A stretch of DNA of 64,000 nt from Octopus vulgaris (lineage: Eukaryota). The stretch lies in contig OX597817.1 in the NCBI GenBank assembly GCA_951406725.2, forward strand, positions 36,704,001-36,768,000. The letters are read 5' to 3'. Shown here in pieces: positions 1 through 14,182 of this stretch. The notes below the pieces were generated by a model, which was not told where the DNA came from, did not search any database, and saw nothing but the letters and a program-made list of their open reading frames with translations. Each line of letters opens with the position of its first letter. Positions within the stretch are counted from its first letter, which is position 1. Made by a program: the position numbers and the translations under genes.

Positions 1-41
1 CTACTACTACTACTACTACTGCTGCTGCTGCTTCTGCTGCT
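1..41. repeat. (CTA)n/(CTG)n trinucleotide microsatellite
   Basis: ctactactac...gctgctgctg read directly. Confidence 0.9.
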
Positions 42-1976
42 ATTATTTCCACCACCATCACTATGGTTAGAGTTAAGTTGACGGTGACATCAGAGGCTCA
101 GTTATTAAAGCTTAACTTTTCCAATTTGTTTCTTTTTGAATTTGAAACTAAAGAAGGAAGTCACTCTTGAATATCAAGATGAATTTCACCATTATCTGTT
201 CCACCTGTCACTGACCATTTCTTGTGCCACCCGCCATTATTATACAACACTATTTAGCAAAGCATTGGCTTTAAAAAATTAATTGTTGAAAGTAACGTTA
301 TTTTATCTCATCCAGAGAAGAACATGTGACTACTAGTCCGCTATGTTTGCCGTTACTTTAATAAAAAACACCCAAAGAACACATCTAATTTGAAAGCGGA
401 TAAACAAAAATGTCACTTTCAAAATCATTTATATAATTAAGTGAAATATAAATACAAATACTCAACATAATGAGGGACGTAGCCATATATGGGTGTAAAT
501 CTGATGGTTAAGAATATTTTTTCAGAACATCCATTGATTCTCACATTCTTTGCTTTATATATTCCATTTAGGTACGCACAGGTGCTTCCTAAAGAAAGCT
601 GTGAGGTGTCGGAGTGGGTACGACGAGACTTATGTATTCGTGACTTAAGGTATGAAACTTCATTGCCCTGTAACTGATTTTGACGAGTGATTGCCTGCAT
701 CTTACATTTCACAGTCCATCTTAGTCCATCTTCTTAGTCAATCTTAGTTCATCTTCTTGAGAATGTGCACTTTATCGTTTCCCGATTATCTTTGATAGAC
801 TGCTTTTCGCAAGTTCTGCTTCTTGTCCGTTTAAGTTTGTTTACTACTTGGATGTCATCTTTCATTTCTTCCACTGACAACCGACGGATTTTCATTGTCT
901 GAATTGTCGCCAGTTGTAAGAGTGGCTCTACTGGTTGTGGCCAAAAGGGATTTCGATCGTTGGTTTCTAGCATTAAGTTTAAGGTGGTCTCATTCGTTGG
1001 AGTTATCAGTAGAAGTTTTAGGGACTGTTGTTTATGTTGTTGCCAACCCCCCATTTCTCTACCTTTCTAGACTCTGAATGGAAAGCGATCACATGACTCT
1101 CACTGCTATACGTCAATCCACTCAACTTTCTACCCCTGCCCCACCATTAGTTTTATGGTTTTCCTTTCCGAAGCCCCTATTTAATGGAACTTCTCGATAA
1201 ATTTTTGTTTTACTCCATTATTAGCATGTTTCCAGAATAGATGAAATTTGTGTTTATTTCGTCATATGTTTTTCGCTCCTTACTACTGCAAAGATGACTA
1301 CAAGTCAGAGGTAAATGTTCTAATGCTCTTCGATGTGACACTCGCATACCGTCGTCCATGGTATTTTGTGACACTAATTTATGGACAGTTGTATAAGACA
1401 TTCGTTTTGTCTTTTGCTCTGCTCCACTCCTGTTTTCGAGAACGGACATATGTATATATACGTCTGTCGCGAGAAATAGAACTCTTTCTATGATCAACAT
1501 GAAATAATGAAAGGCTATACTGATCTCGATAGGATTTGAACACAGAACGTAAAAGGCCGTAAACGTTATAATTTCTTACATTAACACAAATCCACAAAAT
1601 GGAGGAGAAAAAGGTTAATTATAACTTCCAGTATTTCATTTCTAGGTCATAATATTTATTGATCCTAGAAAACTGAGAAGCAAAGTCAACCTTTATGGCC
1701 GTTATTAATAGTTGATAATTATAGTGAATATCATTGTCATTTTCATAAATATTTGAAAAATTGAAATTGTAATTGATGTCGCTGCAATGACTTTGATTCC
1801 AGCACTTCATTCGTATCTAATTTTGATTTACTTATGTTCTAAGAGTCAGCATTCAAACTAGGAAATATCAGTTTATTAAAGCATTAGATTATACAGACAC
1901 TAGCATGATAATAAATAAATAATTGCACTAGTAAATACACAAACGCAGGCATAAATACACAAATTATAAATGTTCA

Positions 1977-1977
<1 letters not shown>

Positions 1978-2053
<76 letters not shown>

Positions 2054-2077
2054 TAGATAAAAACACACAAACGAACG

Positions 2078-2112
<35 letters not shown>

Positions 2113-2325
2113 ATAGATACACATAAGCGAACGTGTATATATATATATATATATATACATACATATAAACACACACACATATATATGTATACACACACAC
2201 AGTGTGTATATATATATATATGCGTGTGTGTTTATATGCATGTATATATATATATATATATATATATACATACATACATATAAACACACACACACATATA
2301 TATGTGTGTGTGTGTGTTTATATGC

Positions 2326-2362
<37 letters not shown>

Positions 2363-2367
2363 CATAT

Positions 2368-2452
<85 letters not shown>
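1978..2452. repeat. compound (CA)n/(TA)n microsatellite block
   Basis: alternating long CA and TA tracts; source of the [12 protein letters not shown] ORFs. Confidence 0.95.
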
Positions 2453-2454
<2 letters not shown>

Positions 2455-3269
2455 GTGTGTATGTTAGGACAGGACGAAGGAGGAAAATCAATTTTTCAAA
2501 AACTAGTTGAGGCTTGGAGACAGAATTAATAAAAGCAGAATAATGAAAGAAAAAATAGCATTCAATAAATAAATAGATAAGAATATAAAATGGACTAAGT
2601 AAAAGAGGGGAAAGGAGGGTAAGCACATCATAAATATTTTATATACTACAATTGCTCTTTGCTTTCCTTCTAATATTGCTTATTTATTAACATGGTTAAA
2701 CGTCGAGGCCATGCCGAAAAAATTATTTCTTTCGAGGAATTGCAGCTTTATGATTCTAATATTTTCCAAAATTTTCGCTTGAAGGCACGCAAATACATAC
2801 ATACGTGATTACATATATACTCCTATACCCATACACAACCATAATGCAGATATATATTAAAATATGTAGATAAACAAGCTAATATATCCTATATATGTAT
2901 ATATACACACACATGTACATATATATTTGTATATCTGTATATATATACACACACATATAAGTCTGTTTATATACATATACATACATATATGTATATACAA
3001 ACATGTATATATGTATGTATATATATATGTATATATAAATATAAATTAGAATATATATATATATTTATGTATATATATATATATATATATAACACATACA
3101 TATTGTCCATTACATATATGCACTTAGATATATGAATGTTTATTATACACACGAATATCTGTATTCCATTGCTTATACACTCTTGTATGCATTCATATAA
3201 GCAACATCATAATACATGCATACAGACGAGCACATATATAGACACACTTACATACATATGTATTCACGT

Positions 3270-3280
3270 AAGTATGTATG

Positions 3281-3314
<34 letters not shown>

Positions 3315-3724
3315 TGTATGTATGTATGTATGTATGTGTATATATGTGCGTGTGTGTGTGTTTGTGGGGGTGTGCCCATTTATGTCGTTCAGTATACTTC
3401 TACCACCACATTTCCCCATTCAAATCCGTGCAAAAATTGCTCTTCAAAGAAATATGAACAAGCAGAGTTTTAGTATAATCAATATATTGGAAAGTAGGCA
3501 CATAGACATGCAGCTACCTCGCGCGCGCGCGCACACTCACTTATATCTACATATGAACTCATGTTCTTACAGATTCGCATGTATGGCTGCACGTACCCAC
3601 ACGCACTTGCAAACACACATTAACAGATTTATTCATTTATATATGTAGATAGATATATAGATAGTTAGATAAATAGAAAGGTAGACACATCATATATTCA
3701 CATGTCTATATACATACATAAATA

Positions 3725-3776
<52 letters not shown>

Positions 3777-3835
3777 CATATATTCATATATATATATATA
3801 TATAGATATATATATATTTATATACACATATATAC

Positions 3836-3890
<55 letters not shown>
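3270..3890. repeat. (TATG)n and (TA)n simple repeats
   Basis: tandem tatg at ~3272-3337 and TA-rich tract ~3700-3890. Confidence 0.85.
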
Positions 3891-3892
<2 letters not shown>

Positions 3893-4291
3893 TTATATGT
3901 GTATATGTGTGTGTACTGATTCATTTAAATACAACTTTCAAACATTTCCATTTCCGGGGTACATTTTCAATTTATGTTTTTCCCCACAGTCCACCACAAA
4001 AAATGACAACCGACTGAATGAAATTTCAATATCTTCTCAGAAATTTCTTGTCTGTCGATCTATGTTGATATATAAAATATATTTCATTCTATTTAGAAAA
4101 TCTTTGCGATACAGAATGATCTGGACTCCGAACCTCATACCTGCATTGAAAATTAATCAACAACTAGGAAATGATACATACGGTTTTGTAGGATTTCTTG
4201 CTTAATTTTACATATATTCTGTTGTAAGATAGATTTGCTCGTTTCTTATCAATGTTATTTGAATTAACACGAAACATGTTTTTCATGTTTG

Positions 4292-4711
4292 AAGGCGGCA
4301 AGCTGGCAGAAACGTTAGCACGCCGGCCGATATGCTTCGCGGTATTTCGTCTGCCGCTACGTTCTGAGTTCAAATTCCGCCGAGGTCGACATTGCCTTTC
4401 ATCCCTTTGGGTTTAATAAATTAAGTACCAGTTACGAACTGGGGTCGATGTTATCGACTTAATTTGTTTGTCTGTCCTTGTTTGTGCTCTCTGTGTTTAG
4501 CCCCTTATGGGTAGTAGAGAAATAGGTATTTCGTCTGCCGTTACGTTCTGAGTTCAAATTCCGCCGAGATCGACTTTTCCTTTCATGCTTTCGGGGTCGA
4601 TTAAATAAGTACCAGTTACGCACTGGGGTCGATATAATCGACTTAGTCCGTTTGTCTGCCCTTCTCTGTCCTCTCTGAGTGTAGCCCCTTGTCGGCAGTA
4701 AAGAAGTAAGA
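4292..4711 (+). mobile_element. tRNA-derived SINE, family A, two-unit copy
   Basis: head GGCGGCAAGCTGGCAGAAACGTTAGCA, B-box-like GAGTTCAAATTCC, body GGTCGAC..GCCTTTCATCC...AAGTACCAG; second unit restarts at 4525; TSD ATGTTTTTCAT at 4276-4286 and 4715-4725; homologous to other copies in the window. Confidence 0.9.
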
Positions 4712-4839
4712 AAAATGTTTTTCATCGTAGAGTTTTTTTAAAATTTATTTTTAGTCTGTAGTTGTATTCGTAGTCCATCACTTTTGTTTGTTGTTTTGAT
4801 ATTTGAATAAATTGTACTTTTCTCCAGATATATGGCGTT

Positions 4840-5062
4840 GGAGTGCCATGTAGAGAAAAGGATACGTTTTTGATCTCTTTCATTCAAGATACTAGAGCTG
4901 GCAGATCTGCTCCAGACGTATGTGCTCTCTACAATGAGGACGTTATTACTCAAATAAGCGTACTGAAATGGTTTCCACGTTTGAAGGACGGAAAATTCGA
5001 CATGAAAGACTCTTTGCGTTTCAGCGGCCTTGTTCAGTTCAAAGAAGACCGAATTAATGAGT
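4840..5062 (+). pseudogene. mariner transposase N-terminal HTH fragment
   Basis: translation ...RAGRSAPDVCALYNEDVITQISVLKWFPRLKDGKFDMKDSLRFSGLVQFKEDRIN resembles the mariner N-terminus (A..IC.VYGE......KWF..FK.G.FDL.D..RSGRP..FDE). Confidence 0.7.
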
Positions 5063-5142
5063 ACGTCATTCATATACATATAGGTATACATAAGTACATA
5101 CATACACACACGCACACATGCATACATACATATATACATACA

Positions 5143-5496
5143 TGCCATCGGAAAAATTATTGTTCTGAAATAAACTTAGAAAAGCCTTCTATTATGGAAT
5201 ACATTCATAAACACCAACTCAAGGAATACTGGTGCAATATTCCCATCAAAACTTCTATCAAATGTAAACATAAAAGGCCTTATATTGTTGTTTGGGACAG
5301 AGGGGCAAAGGTATGTACCATCATAGAGCTCAGCTGCCCTGCAGATATAAATACTTTTTTGAAAATCAAAGAAAAAGAGGACATCTATGGACAACTGCTT
5401 CGAAACCTCCAGCTTCTATATCCAGACTTTGAATTCATATCCAAACCAATAATAATTAGAGTTCTAGGTTTTGCTAGTAAATGCTTCCACTCTTGA
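5143..5496 (+). pseudogene. non-LTR retrotransposon (R2-group) restriction-like endonuclease fragment
   Basis: YWCNIPIKTSIKCKHKRPYIVVWDRGAKVCTIIELSCPADINTFLKIKEKEDIYGQL...PIIIRVLG follows the RLE pattern W...I.T....HN.PD..V.D.......IE...P.D.N......EK...Y..L. Confidence 0.8.
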
Positions 5497-5956
5497 TCCA
5501 GTAAAATACGAGTGTATGACAGACAGAGGAAAAGTTAGCTGCACCACCATTGAGTGGTGCTCATTGTAATTAAGTATGAATCATATCTTGGTCGTGTTTC
5601 CAAAGATTTGATGCTTAAATATGTGTGAAAGAATTTAGTTGCAAAATGAGAGCGATAATTCGTAAACTCTTCATTCACTATCAAATGGATCTCATTTTTA
5701 CAAATTATACAAGAGATACTTTATAGGTAGTAGACTCCTAACATTTAATAAATTGCATAGGTTCCCTTCTTTATTCCAGAGAGGCGAAATGAAGTTCGTT
5801 GCTTAAGAACACAACAAAGTGCCCTATATGCTATTTACTAACTACAAGCATGCTAACTACTAAGAAACGCACCTTCGTATATATTTACTTACAACCATAG
5901 ATACATAGGTACATGCATACACATACCCACATATTAATCTATATATCTATATACGC

Positions 5957-6191
5957 GAGCTGGCAGAGCTGGCAGAAACGGTAGCACGCCGGGCGAAATG
6001 CGAAGCCGTATTTCGTCTGCCGTTACGTTCTGAGTTCAAATTCCGCCGAGGTCGACTTTGCCTTTCATCCTTTCAGGGTCGATAAATTAAGTACCAGTTA
6101 CGCACTGGGGTCGATGGAATCGACTTAATCCCTTTGTCTGTCCTTGTTTGTCCCCTCTGTGTTTAGCCCCTTGTGGATAGTAAAGAAATAT
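5957..6191 (+). mobile_element. SINE family A, single unit
   Basis: same head and body as the 4292 copy; 16-bp TSD ATATATCTATATACGC at 5941-5956 and 6192-6207. Confidence 0.92.
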
Positions 6192-7419
6192 ATATATCTA
6201 TATACGCATATGATGTGTATAAATGCTGATGTGTATATATAGGTATGTATGTATATATATACATGAGTGTTTGTGTGTGTGAGTGTAGTGCAAAAATAAA
6301 GAAAAGACAAAGACGAGGTTACAGGAAAACAAATAGGGTATCATTAATGTTTCGATCCATTGCTCTTCTACAGAAAGAATAGATGATTAGAGAGAAAAAT
6401 TGAGAGAAAAAGATATGCGTGAGTTTAACGGTCAGTACATGCTGAAATATCCGGAAACGAAGGAAGATGGCTAAGGGTGTGGGTGGCAAGAGAGATAACA
6501 GTGGCCTGGCATATGTATGCGCACTAGAACGCATGTGCATAAGAAGCTACTGAATGCGTGCACGTATGTCTGAGTAAGCACATGTGTATGAAGCGTGTAT
6601 GAAGCCAATGCGTGCGTGTATGTGTGCATGGAATTACGCGGGTATGTGGGAACAAGTACGTGTGCATGAGACAATGTGGGAGTGTATATTGTGTTTGTAG
6701 CTGTGTGTATTTGTGAGTAGGCGTGTCTGTGTGTATAAGTATGAGGCTATCAGACACGTGTATGTGTTTGCGTGTGTGTGTGTGTGAGTGTGTGTATGTG
6801 TGCGTATATATGTGCAAGCGCGGGTCTGTACGAAGCTATTATGCCTGTATGTGTGTGTGTGTTGTGTGCGTTTAACGTTGAATGATACAGGAATGAGAAC
6901 TTACATTCAGGACATTAAGTTCCCGTATCAACAATTTTGTTGAATGTACAGTGCACGTAATATGATCTTATAATGATTCTGCTTGTCATTACGTTACTTA
7001 GCCCTTCGGTAACGCTTTCACGTGATTAAAGAAAAAGAGGAAGAAAGAAAAGGGAATAAGGTGAAGAGTGAAACGGAAAGAGAGAGAGAAAGAAAATGAG
7101 TGAGAGGGAAATGACAGAGAGAGAGAAGCGTCGATGACATGTGCTAGGGGGAAACGTAATGATTATTACATAACTAAAAAAAGTTCGTTGAAGGTAGTGA
7201 TACAGAGGAGAGTTAGGAATATAAGTTTAGCAGAGGGGTGATGTTATAATCGTGAGATTAAAGAAAGACAGAGAGAGGGGAGAGAGACAAAGAGAGAGAG
7301 AGTAAGAGACAAAAAGGGAGAGAAGGAAATGGTGGTGGTGGTAGTGGTGGAGTTGGCAATAGTGAGTACATAGTGAAAGATAATATCTTTTTTAATTGAA
7401 CTAAGGTTTTTATATCACC

Positions 7420-8200
7420 TATCACTTAATCCAAGCGCATCCCAAACTTGCCGTTCACTTTAGAAAGAAACCAGTTTCCAGTTCGCCTGCCATATGCAAT
7501 GACCATCAATAAATCACAAGAGCAGACATTTGATAAAGTGGGTCTGTTCTTGCCCAAACCTGCATTCGATCATGGTCAGCTATATATCGCATTCTGAAGG
7601 GCTCGGAAACTATCTGGTGTAAGAGTTAAAGTTATCAATACTGACAAACAAGGGAATAGAAGACGGAGAACTTACATGAAGAAGTATGGGATTAAGAAGT
7701 GTACACAAATGGAAATGTATATGGGCTCTGAGCCATCACCTTGGCTTATAAGTTACCATCGATCTGCTTTTCAGAGTATGCCATGTTGTATTAAATTTTT
7801 ACCCCCGTGAAATTGTGACCTCTATATTTTACATATAAAATAATTTTTTTACTATAAAATTTTTGTTTTCTGGACATGAAATTGCGACCGTGTATATTTT
7901 AAGATGTAATTTTTTTATGTGTATGGGGAAACTAGAAAAATAAGAGTGAATATTTATTCTATGACTGCAGTGCATTAAGTCTATAAAATTGCGCATAAAG
8001 TATATAAAGTATATATATAAAATGCATTAAGTAATCATCGTATACAAATTTCCTTCACTTTTCAATGAATAGCAGATGAGCGACTATCTTTTGATGCAGA
8101 AACAACACAGGCTACACTTTCAGGTTTTTTGGATAAAGTTTTCAGGAATAATCCAATAGGTTTACTATTAATTCCGTGGAATATTCACGGGACCCACTAG
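7420..8200 (+). mobile_element. Helitron 3' fragment (PIF1-like helicase C-terminus plus 3' terminus)
   Basis: 7455-7655 translates to [54 protein letters not shown] (helicase motifs V/VI); terminal hairpin CCGTG-gaatatt-CACGG followed by CTAG at 8197-8200. Confidence 0.88.
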
Positions 8201-8459
8201 CCCAGTATAAAAACAGTAAAAATCTTTTTAAAAATGTCCTTCGTCATAGAGTTATTTCTATCTTTGTAATCGATGGTGCCACACGCACCGGACTTGCAAC
8301 AGCTGAAGATGTATAATAATTATCGAATTGTTGAAACAGAATCCTGAAGTCCTGAAAGTAGGTCTCCCTATGTGTAACATTTAATAAGTATAGTCGCCTA
8401 ATTATAATATTTACAACGATATTGAGATTCAACTTATTTTCATCATATATATATATATA

Positions 8460-8670
8460 CAGGGGAAAATCCCCCCACCAAAAAAAAAAACAAAAGACTA
8501 AGACAGGTGGTGTAGACAACAAACAGATTTATTAGTATAACGTTCGGGAAGTGAGAATTTCTTTAACGTTTCGAGCCTACGCTCTGCCACAGAAAGGAAC
8601 ACAGAAAGAAACAAGGAGAGAAAATAAAGAATGTGTAGTGGCTAGCGAGCTATCAGGGCGAATGCCGATA
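8460..8670 (-). mobile_element. Penelope-like pLTR-type short repeat carrying a degenerate minimal hammerhead
   Basis: minus strand CTTT-CTGTGGC-A-GAGC-GTAG-GCTC-GAAA-CG-TT-AAAG (8596-8561); related copies at 58850-58995 and 55255-55310. Confidence 0.55.
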
Positions 8671-8842
8671 CATATATGCATACAATGGTTAAAACATGTG
8701 TATAGTTTAAAATGAAACTTGAAGTTCAATTGAATACATACACACATGCGTATATATCATTATATATATATATATATATATATATCTGTGTGGATGTGTG
8801 ATATGTGTGAGTATGTGTCTGAGTGTGTAAAGTTGTATGTGC

Positions 8843-8890
<48 letters not shown>

Positions 8891-9428
8891 GTGTGTGTGT
8901 GTTTTAAAGACTAAAATCTTAATCTTTTTTCCCATTTTCGCATTTCAAGCTTCTAATTAAAATTTAAAATTTTGACTATAAATCACGTCTTAGTCATGTT
9001 TGCGAAGTTTAGATTTTTCAAAATATGTCTTAACGAGTTTAATCACATAGTTAGAAAGATAATTTGTAACTTCCTCATGAGCTTTCAAAAAGCGTTCTCT
9101 TTTTTCTTTTATTTAATTATTTAACAGATATTTATATCTCGTAGACATCTAAACTGCAGTAAATTGCATAGCTCCCGTTGTCTTCTCCAGAGAGGTTTGA
9201 ATATTAATTACTACAATTTGTGTTCCCGTTCATTAAAAAATCACTGTAAAATCTTAGATATTTGTCTCCTGCCTTATCCTTTCTACGTATTTGTAACATT
9301 TGCACATCTGTGTATGTCTATAAATTGTAGGAAAACTTGATAACTGAAGTTTCAAAATAAATAAATAAATTGATAAATAAATACAGCCTTAACCAGAAAA
9401 TATTTTCTTTTTAGTATATGTTACCATT

Positions 9429-9637
9429 AAGGCGGCGCGGTGGCAGAATCATTAGCACACCAGGCAAAATGCTTAGCGGCATTTCGTCTGCCTTTACAAT
9501 CCCAGTTGAAATTTCACCGAGGTCGACTTTACCTTTTGTGGGGTCGATAAAATAAGTACCAGCTGAACACTGGAGTCAATGTAATTTATTTACTCTTCCT
9601 CCGAAATTGCTGGCTTTGTGCCAAAATTTGAAACCAA
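9429..9637 (+). mobile_element. SINE family A, diverged copy with alternative tail
   Basis: AAGGCGGCGCGGTGGCAGAATCATTAGCAC...GAGGTCGACTTT...AAGTACCAG; near-TSD TATAT(G/A)TTACCATT on both sides. Confidence 0.85.
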
Positions 9638-10257
9638 TATATATTACCATTGAGAACAGTAGTATGTTTTGATTTCTGAATGATACCATACACATTAAAA
9701 TACTATTATTGCTCCTGGCGAAGACCTTGTTTTTTTTAACATCAACAGTGGTGCCTAAAAACAATTGTCAGTTCAATTCTCATTTACGCATACCTTCCTT
9801 GTCTTTATTTTTCTATGTTTTCTCTGCACTTGACTAAGTATATTGCTTGAACTATTATATCATGTCTCATAGTAACAATCACAATATATCTAGAAGAAGA
9901 CTATCACTTGGTCGGGTAGTAAACTCAGGGTTTTTCTACAAATATATAGCAATCGCGATGCTGTTTTCGGATCATAGCAACGATATATGAAGTCGCGTAG
10001 CCTAGAGGGATCTAGGGTTTACGGTCATCGTGCGATCTATCTGAGACCAAACGGAGCATTGTGTTTCTGGGCATTATGAAATATAGCTGTTTGGGAGTCA
10101 TTAAAAAGAGTCAAGTAGTTGCCAAAATTGCAACTTGTATTAGGGAAGTTTGTCTTCTATGGCAAATACACACTTTCAATATTTGGATCAAAATGTAACT
10201 CTTTTAATAATTCTTTATTCTATTGAAAAAATGTTATTCTATGATTTTTGTGGTCTT

Positions 10258-10318
10258 TTCTTTTATTCTTTTATTTGTTTCAGTCATTTGACTGCGGCCA
10301 TGCTGGAGCACCGCCTTT
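10258..10318 (-). mobile_element. SINE family B 3' tail fragment
   Basis: reverse complement of AAGGCGGTGCTCCAGCATGGCCGCAGTCAAATGACTGAAACAAATAAAAGA. Confidence 0.85.
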
Positions 10319-12118
10319 AAAATCATTTTCAACAATAACTCATTAGACGCTTAATTAAAGCGCGTAACTTTCTATGTTCAAACTTATCGTATACTTTGCT
10401 TTTTGCTGTCAATTACTTCAATGCTTATTCATTCATCTTACTCATATATAGTCCATTGTCTTTTTGTTGTTGTTTTAACTACTATTTTCTCTTGTGTTTA
10501 TTAACAATAGAACTCGTTCGCTGTGGGTCATTTTAAACCCAAATTTGTGGTTTCGATGCCCAAATGCCTTGTGATTTTGAGAAAGAGAAATATTATTTCA
10601 CGTTACTGGTAAAGATGAGTAATCCTTGCGACGGATCGGTGTCCCATCCAGAGAGAATATATAAGCCACAGAATCCGGGAAACCGATCTTATGATCCTAA
10701 TGCTTATGATCCGAAGAACTTTTGCTCCTTTATACATATATATTCTATTTGATAACCGTATATTTCACGGGTCAATGGTATGGTATTTTAAGAGCTTCAT
10801 TTGTTCGGATCCAACAGTGGCCAACATTGCGTTTCAACCTTTCGGTTTACTGGAACTGCTAGAATATGCAACGCGGTACCTCTTCATTTTTGATAGAGAC
10901 TCCATCCACAGAATAACAAATAATGAGCTTGGCGTCTCCTGCATATACAGATGTAAATACACGAGTCTGACCGACGGAGATCCCAGGAGCAGGTCAGTAG
11001 TTTATATCTAGACAAAGGAGCAGTTTTCATGCAGGCGATCACTTAAAATTGAAATGTCAAGAGACGCTATTTCATCCTTGCAACGAGCATAACATTTCAA
11101 TACTATGAGATGATATTACACTGAGGCAGAAACAATAAATTATTGAGAATATTTCAAATACATCTGGAAAATGTTATTCAACATTTCCATTGAAGCTATA
11201 ATTTATTAATTATAATTCATTAGCAATAATTATCGAATATAAATATTAGTTTTTCATATGAATGCACAAAATGCTTGAACACGCGCATATAAAGTATATT
11301 TAGGCATTAGTACTCTGTATCGATAAAATGGATTCTATCACAAACCTGTGCTATGCTGCAACGTTGGGAAAAAAATAGCTGATGTACTAAATGTCAAACT
11401 TAATATTTCAAGCCTTACAGGTCGTGCACCTAATAACTACGCCAACTTCTAAATTGATAACAGTGTAACTAAGAATGTAATAAAAATACAATAAGTTTTA
11501 TAAATAATATTTACATAATTTCTCATTTTCCTCAAATAAATTCTATTAAGGAGAAGCCAAATAATAATAGCATTAATTGGATTCTTCGCTAAATAGTTCA
11601 TCACCGAAAACAGAACGGTTTAAACAACACAGGAAAGAGAGGAAAGGAACATAAAAACATAAAACGGGGAAAACAATATGAAATACTTTGATATTATTGA
11701 GAAAGATAATGAGATCAAATGTTCAATTTCTATCCAAATGCATGCTATAATTTTTCCTTTTGTGTTTCATTCAGTTTTGCGATTCTTTATTAGGAAAACA
11801 GAATATAAAATGTCCTAGTTTTACCTTCTAATATGAAATATAATTGTTAAAATTGAATTTATCGTACATCTCTTGGTTGTGGATGAATTCAGGTGTTTCA
11901 CGAATTCAAGTCAATTATCCTCGTAGGTTTAATCTATTATGAACGCTTCCTTTCTTTTTAATCAATCATTAATTGAAATTGTTGTTCTGCATTCTTTATT
12001 ATATATGCTACGTGGAACAGACGTAATTTCGATTTCATATTACGAATACATAACTAGGTGACATGTAAATGTCATTAGGCACAGCTAACCCAATGACTGA
12101 AGAAGAAGAAGAAGAAGG

Positions 12119-12152
<34 letters not shown>

Positions 12153-12167
12153 ATAATAATAATATTA

Positions 12168-12322
12168 TTTCTACTATAGGTACAAGGCCAGCAATTTCGG
12201 GGAAGGGGCTTAATCGATTACATCGATCCCAGTACTCGACTGGTAATTTTTTTTTATCGACGCCGAGAAGCAAAATGTATCTCGGCAGAATTTGAACTCA
12301 AAACGTAAGGACGGAAAAATGC
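12168..12322 (-). mobile_element. SINE family A, 5'-truncated diverged copy
   Basis: reverse complement contains TGAGTTCAAATTCTGCCGAG, TACCAG..TACTGGGATCGATGTAATCGA and the GGCCTTGTACC tail. Confidence 0.8.
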
Positions 12323-13003
12323 TTGACAAACTAACGAATTGTAATAATAATAATGTCATATAAACCTCCGACCTCATGACCAACTTCAACTAATCAAACT
12401 ACACTTCAGCCCATGGTTAATTGAGCCATAATCCCTCTTTGTATATAAGCAAATTCTTAAATTCCACTGGAAGCTGCTACAAATGAGGCATATTTCCAAG
12501 TCTTTGCAATTCACACTACTTTTGAAAATCAGGAAATAGTGAAACCGGTTTAGTTAATGTAAATAAATGTTGTTTAGGACTCCAAATAGTTTTTTCTTTC
12601 TTTCGTACTTTCATTTTTCATATATATATATAAACACCCACATATAAAGACGGAAGACCAGCAACTGACATAGCTGATATAAGTATGGGAAATTGTCCAC
12701 GATTTGATATGTATTCAATATTATTAATACACCTGCAGAACCTGACTGTAGCTTTGTAGATCGAGATACTTTTATTATAATCTAAAGGTTTAAAGGTTTA
12801 CATGCGAAAGGTGTGTTCATGGTTGATAAGATATGTATAGCTTGATATGAATTGTAATATTGATTTTGTAGATAAGAATGATATCTCAAATCCTTATGGA
12901 ATGGCAATTGGGATTGCGTAACATTGATATTTTTATCAAAGGGATTTATACTATTCAGAAAATGGAAATAGCGCAAGATTTGATTTGAAACCTATTTAAT
13001 ACA

Positions 13004-13077
<74 letters not shown>

Positions 13078-13215
13078 CATGTATATCAAGTTATATTAAT
13101 AAAGGACTGTATTTCAGACTACGGCTTTCATATACTTCTTAATTCACGAATATATTTTTTTCAGCTTGAGCAAAAGAATATCTAATTTTGCAGAAATGCT
13201 TTTGTATATGGTCTA

Positions 13216-13261
<46 letters not shown>

Positions 13262-13925
13262 AGAAAAAGTATTTGCACTTCATCAGTCGGCTAAGCATGG
13301 CGGCTAACTTTAACGTTCCTTTGCAGTGTACTGCAAGAAAGAAATGATAGAAAATGGTATTAAGAATGATTAACAGCCCTGAAGAAAGTCAGGAAGAATT
13401 CTACTCTGAACAATGAAGTGCATTTATAGAGGAAACAGATCCAATATGAAAGCATACGTGCGTTGAATAAGATTAGCTATAATTTATAATGAGGCCCAGT
13501 ATGAGTTTTGTTTTATTTATGGCTCTTTTAAAATTGGTGTGCATTCCTTTTTGCTTGTTACTTGATTAATGGTAAATCAAGAAGACGTTTATTATTTCTT
13601 TGCCTGCTTTCCTTCCAAATTTCTGTAATAATGTTTTATTCACGATGGTATTGCTAGCTAATCTACGTCTGTCGGTTTAATAATGTACATATTTTAATGT
13701 ATATTAAAGTGAATAACGATCGTAAATATTAAAGTGAATAACGATGTGTGTGTGTGTGTGTGTGTATGTGTGTGTGTACGTGCTTGCAATTCGTCAACGC
13801 CACCACTTGACAACCACTATTGGTTCGTTATTTATTTACAATCCCTGTGAAGCAAAAGTCAGACACTGTTTTTCACATTTTCTCATAAGCATATTAAAAA
13901 GATATTTAGAAAAGTAATGCGTATT

Positions 13926-14182
<257 letters not shown>

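Noticed and set aside
437-1500. Minus-strand peptides faintly like Helitron parts (QLSLGSTCAY; DDGMRVSHRRALEHL)
   Set aside because: Similarity is weak, the pieces would be in the wrong order, and no Helitron termini were found
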